A DNA stretch of 30,182 bases from Oculatellaceae cyanobacterium bins.114 (GTDB lineage: Bacteria; Cyanobacteriota; Cyanobacteriia; Elainellales; Elainellaceae), in assembly GCA_033764315.1 (NCBI GenBank), contig JANRJA010000250.1:1-30182 (forward strand), given 5' to 3'. The notes beneath the pieces were generated by a model, which saw only the letters and a list, made by a program, of their open reading frames with translations, was not told where the DNA came from and did no database searches. Of this stretch, positions 27,187-30,182 are shown one piece after another (within the stretch, counting starts at the first letter, position 1; the number at the start of each line of letters is the position of its first letter). The position numbers were made by a program, and so were the translations under genes.

Positions 27187-28251
27187 TCAGGCGGGTTGGA
27201 GCGATCGCCCCTTGAGTGAGCTTGCCAGTTCTCGCAGCAGGTCAACCGTTGTTGGGAAGTCAACGCAAGCGTCTGTGATGCTTTGTCCGTATACGAGTTG
27301 GCTGGCATCTTTGGGAAACGGTTGTTTACCCGCTACCAGGTGACTTTCGAGCATGACCCCCATGATGTGCTGAGAACCGTTTGTCACTTGAGTCGCGATC
27401 TCCTGTAGGGCGATCGGTTGACGCGTGTGATCGCCACTAGAGTTACCATGACTGCAATCAATCATCAGGCGGGCATTGAGGTTATGGCGTGCCAATTCAC
27501 TAGCCGCTTTCTCAACATGAGTGGCGTCAAAGTTGGGTCCATGTTTGCCACCCCGCAAAACGATGTGCCCATCAGGATTGCCCGTTGTGGTGACAATGCT
27601 GGCGAGTCCCTCCAGGTTGATCCCCAAAAAGCGGTGCGGTTCACTGGCGGTTAGCATCGCATTGATAGCTGTGTGTAGGCTGCCATCCGTGCCATTCTTA
27701 AAGCCCACTGGCATAGACAAGCCCGATGCCATCTCACGGTGGGTCTGACTCTCGGTTGTGCGTGCCCCGATCGCCGTCCACGAGATCACATCAGCAATGT
27801 ATTGGGGTGTGATCGGGTCGAGCAATTCAGTAGCCGAGGGCAAGCCCAAATTAGCTAGCTCTAACAGCAGTTTACGCGCCACCCGCAAACCAGAGTTGAT
27901 GTCATAGCTGCCGTCTAAATGGGGATCATTAATCAACCCTTTCCACCCCAGGGTAGTGCGAGGTTTCTCAAAATAGACCCGCATCACAATTTCGAGATCG
28001 TCTTCCAGTTCCTGCCGTAAAGCGGTCAGTTTTTCGCCATATTCAAAGGCGGCGTTGACATCATGGATGGAACAGGGGCCAACAATCACCAAAAGTCGGG
28101 GATCGGCACCACTGAGAATGTTCCGGATGCGATCGCGCGTCTCTCCAACGAGGGCAGCCGCTTTTTCGGTAATCGGCAATTCTGCATGGAGGGTGGCTGG
28201 TGCCAACAAGGGGCGAGTCTCAACAACGTGAAGATCACTGGTTCTACGCAT
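27187..28251 (-). CDS. aroF: 3-deoxy-7-phosphoheptulonate (DAHP) synthase, class I-alpha
   Basis: VGPCSIHD, RVYFEKPRT..GWKGLINDP, IGARTTESQTHRE, GFKNGTDG, DCSHGNS and GQSITDAC. ATG 28251 preferred; the aroF/G/H isoform cannot be distinguished. Confidence 0.95.
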   Translation of the reverse strand: MRRTSDLHVVETRPLLAPATLHAELPITEKAAALVGETRDRIRNILSGADPRLLVIVGPCSIHDVNAAFEYGEKLTALRQELEDDLEIVMRVYFEKPRTTLGWKGLINDPHLDGSYDINSGLRVARKLLLELANLGLPSATELLDPITPQYIADVISWTAIGARTTESQTHREMASGLSMPVGFKNGTDGSLHTAINAMLTASEPHRFLGINLEGLASIVTTTGNPDGHIVLRGGKHGPNFDATHVEKAASELARHNLNARLMIDCSHGNSSGDHTRQPIALQEIATQVTNGSQHIMGVMLESHLVAGKQPFPKDASQLVYGQSITDACVDFPTTVDLLRELASSLKGRSLQPA

Positions 28252-28417
28252 GGGTTTGGAGCGAGTTAACACACAAATCCTAAAATTATTTGCTAGGGGT
28301 TGACGGTTGGGGTTGAATGTTGGATAGGGTCATAGATGGGAGGCAAGGGATCCGCAAGAGGCTGTCTTGATCGGCGATATCGTGCAAACACCCGCCCCAA
28401 CCCATCATCTTACCCTA

Positions 28418-28526
28418 AGGGAAAAAGGAAAACAGAAAAAAGAAGAGGGAACCGGATGGGACAGCGATCGCCCCCTTCATTCTTCTTTTTTCTCTCTTCG
28501 TTCTTCATTCTTCTTTTTTCTCTCTT
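28418..28526. repeat. Purine tract facing a pyrimidine tract with a 24-nt direct repeat; possible terminator
   Basis: CTTCATTCTTCTTTTTTCTCTCTT at 28475-28498 and 28503-28526 (period 28); partially complementary GAAAAAAGAAGA-containing tract at about 28418-28450. Confidence 0.6.
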
Positions 28527-29044
28527 TGTTCTTCTAAATATCGCTGTACCCCTTCACTCATCTGCAACAGGTTGGGTTCGATGCGCTTGCTCAAGACATC
28601 TTCAACCAGTTGAGCGACCATCCCAGTGAGCATGGGCAACATCCCCTTAATCTTGCGGGGATCAATCGTCAATTCGCCTAAGCTCTCGATCATCGTGCCC
28701 CCCTCTGCCTCTAAAAAGCGATTTTTTCCGGCACAAAAGACCGCTTCACTAAAGGCATGAGTTTCAATTTGCCAGTTGGTTGTGAAGTTGGTCTCGTTCC
28801 AGGCGGCGCGATCCGTCCACGAGAGTAAATCTTCGCTGAGCAACGCCCGAGCCGCCTGGGGAATTTCGCCACCTCCATGCCATTCGTTGACAAAGTGAGT
28901 GATATTCCCGTCTTGTTGCCGAGATTTAATCTCAATTCGCCGCACATTGGGCATATAGGTTACAAGATCGAGCAGCTTATCGCGGTAAGTTGCATAGACC
29001 AGGGGGCGCGGAAAGGGAATATGTGCTTTGGCGGAGATGAGCAT
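28505..29044 (-). CDS. Hypothetical protein, probable SRPBCC/START-like fold
   Basis: HIPFPRPLVYATYRD start, beta-strand-rich middle and a long C-terminal helix; fold inferred from pattern only. Confidence 0.65.
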   Translation of the reverse strand: MLISAKAHIPFPRPLVYATYRDKLLDLVTYMPNVRRIEIKSRQQDGNITHFVNEWHGGGEIPQAARALLSEDLLSWTDRAAWNETNFTTNWQIETHAFSEAVFCAGKNRFLEAEGGTMIESLGELTIDPRKIKGMLPMLTGMVAQLVEDVLSKRIEPNLLQMSEGVQRYLEEQREKKEE

Positions 29045-29218
29045 GTTGAGCCACTACCAAGATGGTCAATCGGGATATCGACAGCACGATATCCAGGGGT
29101 ACTGTTCCCATCCTCCCTTACTCTTTCCCATTTCGGGATCATGAGAAAGTAAATTTAAGATTTTAGAAATCTCTAAATGTGTGGTTAGATTTAATCTTCA
29201 GCGTGAGGAATTTGAGGT

Positions 29219-29695
29219 ATGACGAGTCTGAGAAATCGATTTATGGAGGAGGCGATCGCCCTTTCGCGTCAGGCAATCCACTCTGGACAAGGCGGGCCGT
29301 TTGGAGCCGTGGTGGTTAAAGATGGTGAAATTATTGCGAGAGGCAATAATCAAGTCACCTCGACCCATGATCCGACGGCTCACGCTGAGGTGGTGGCGAT
29401 TCGAGAAGCGTGTAAAGTTTTGCAACACTGGCAACTGACGGGCTGCGAAATTTATACCAGTTGTGAACCCTGCCCCATGTGTCTGGGAGCGATTTATTGG
29501 GCACGCCCCGATCGCGTCTACTATGGCAACACCAAAAAAGATGCTGCCGAGATCGACTTTGATGATGACTTCATTTATAAAGAACTGGAACTCCCCCTGG
29601 AAGAACGCACGATGCCGATGGTTTCCCTGATGCGAGAGGAGGCAGTCAAGGTGTTTGAGGAGTGGGCAGCCAAGACCGATAAGGTGGAGTATTAG
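29219..29695 (+). CDS. guaD: Guanine deaminase-like nucleoside deaminase (cytidine deaminase fold)
   Basis: GGPFGAVVV, DPTAHAEV, SCEPCPMC zinc motifs, AIYWAR, FDDDFIY and a C-terminal Tyr. Confidence 0.85.
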   Translation: MTSLRNRFMEEAIALSRQAIHSGQGGPFGAVVVKDGEIIARGNNQVTSTHDPTAHAEVVAIREACKVLQHWQLTGCEIYTSCEPCPMCLGAIYWARPDRVYYGNTKKDAAEIDFDDDFIYKELELPLEERTMPMVSLMREEAVKVFEEWAAKTDKVEY

Positions 29696-29757
29696 GAAAA
29701 AAGAAAAAAGAAGAGAAAAAAGAAGGAAGAAAGGCTAAAGGATGAAGGCTAAAGGCT
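29696..29757 (+). repeat. Degenerate purine-rich heptamer tract after the guaD stop
   Basis: GAAAAAA GAAAAAA GAAGAGAAAAAA GAAGGAA GAAAGGCTAAAGGATGAAGGCTAAAGGCT. Confidence 0.65.
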
Positions 29758-29758
29758 T

Positions 29759-29821
29759 AGATCCCCGGCTTCTGATGTTGAACTCAAGCGAAGCTGACAG
29801 GTTTAGAGAAGCCGGGGATCT
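29759..29821. repeat. Short dispersed inverted-repeat element, intact copy
   Basis: Perfect 15-bp arms AGATCCCCGGCTTCT (29759-73) / AGAAGCCGGGGATCT (29807-21). Confidence 0.8.
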
Positions 29822-29929
29822 GTCTCACGATCGTTCATGCCATCCTCTCGACCTCCAAATTTCTCGGTTGCCTCCATCGGACATTTATAGAAGAAGGGGC
29901 GATCGCCCCTCAAAATTCCGAGTTCTGAG

Positions 29930-30043
29930 CTACGGTGTACACACAAGTCTTCTGATTTAGCCTGGGCTGGGTTTGATCCTCCCTAACCCTCCTTAAAAAG
30001 GAGGGGATCGGAGTCAAAGTCTCCCTTTTCAAGGGGGATTGAG
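29930..30043. mobile_element. Left part of a MITE/REP-like element, apparently interrupted
   Basis: CTACGGTGTACACACAAGT resembles a cyanobacterial MITE end (from recall); internal hairpins CCCTCCTT-aaa-AAGGAGGG (29987-30005) and CTCCCTT-ttc-AAGGGGG (30021-37); the closing arm stops at GATTGAG. Confidence 0.55.
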
Positions 30044-30182
30044 CAGGGTGGTTTCATTTATGGGGATAAAAATCAAAATGGATTGAGGTGCATTGGCTTC
30101 AACCATGACTCAACCTCAAACCCTCAATCTCATCGAACACCTCAAACAAATTCCAGACTACCGCAAAGGCAAAGGCAAACGA
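30044..30182 (+). mobile_element. Left end of an ISAs1-family-like insertion sequence (partial)
   Basis: Begins CAGGGTGGTTTCATTT (CAGGG ends are typical of ISAs1), followed 61 nt later by a transposase-like ORF. Confidence 0.65.
30105..30182 (+). CDS. ISAs1-family transposase N-terminus (runs off the right edge)
   Basis: Manual translation MTQPQTLNLIEHLKQIPDYRKGKGKR matches the L...L..IPD.R...G.R start of the ISAs1-associated N-terminal domain. Only 26 codons are visible. Confidence 0.7.
   Translation, partial: MTQPQTLNLIEHLKQIPDYRKGKGKR

Larger units (their letters stand above)
1..30182. repeat. HIP1 octamer (GCGATCGC) dispersed throughout
   Basis: Many copies in both housekeeping and TIR-WD40 genes; a cyanobacterial hallmark. 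Not counted exactly. Confidence 0.95.

Noticed and set aside
28336..28629. 97-aa ORF with a Phe-rich hydrophobic stretch
   Set aside because: The hydrophobic run comes from the pyrimidine repeat tract, and the ORF overlaps the opposite-strand gene.
29742..29960. 72-aa ORF after guaD
   Set aside because: It is built from repeat elements and has no recognisable protein motif.

Overview
Cyanobacterial chromosomal DNA (dense HIP1 GCGATCGC octamers, a psbA 5' end, Uma2 genes, heptamer repeat tracts). Left arm (1-6.0 kb), housekeeping: partial psbA (absent from the ORF track), cofG, folE, an SDR, accA and a BciB/CvrA-type divinyl chlorophyllide reductase. Centre (6.0-18.1 kb), the accessory core: three co-oriented paralogues with the architecture TIR - linker - single TM helix - 14 WD40 repeats - TPR-like tail and no NTPase domain. 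Each is preceded by the same ~55-nt leader containing an 18-bp palindrome, and two Uma2 nuclease genes sit on the opposite strand between copies 1 and 2. Copy 3 is a mosaic: its TIR/linker is ~95% identical to copy 1 while its flanks resemble copy 2. I read this as a candidate array of Toll-like-receptor-shaped sensors with a homogenised signalling end and a diversified sensing end; the function is inference. Right arm (18.1-30.2 kb): two membrane proteins, sbcC (three LexA-like boxes upstream, His-rich insert before the zinc hook), a methyltransferase-TPR, SRPBCC, MarR, orphan ParA, DAHP synthase, a START-like protein, guanine deaminase, several MITE/REP-like repeats and the left end of an ISAs1-like element at the window edge. 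All calls come from motif recognition by eye; no searches were run.
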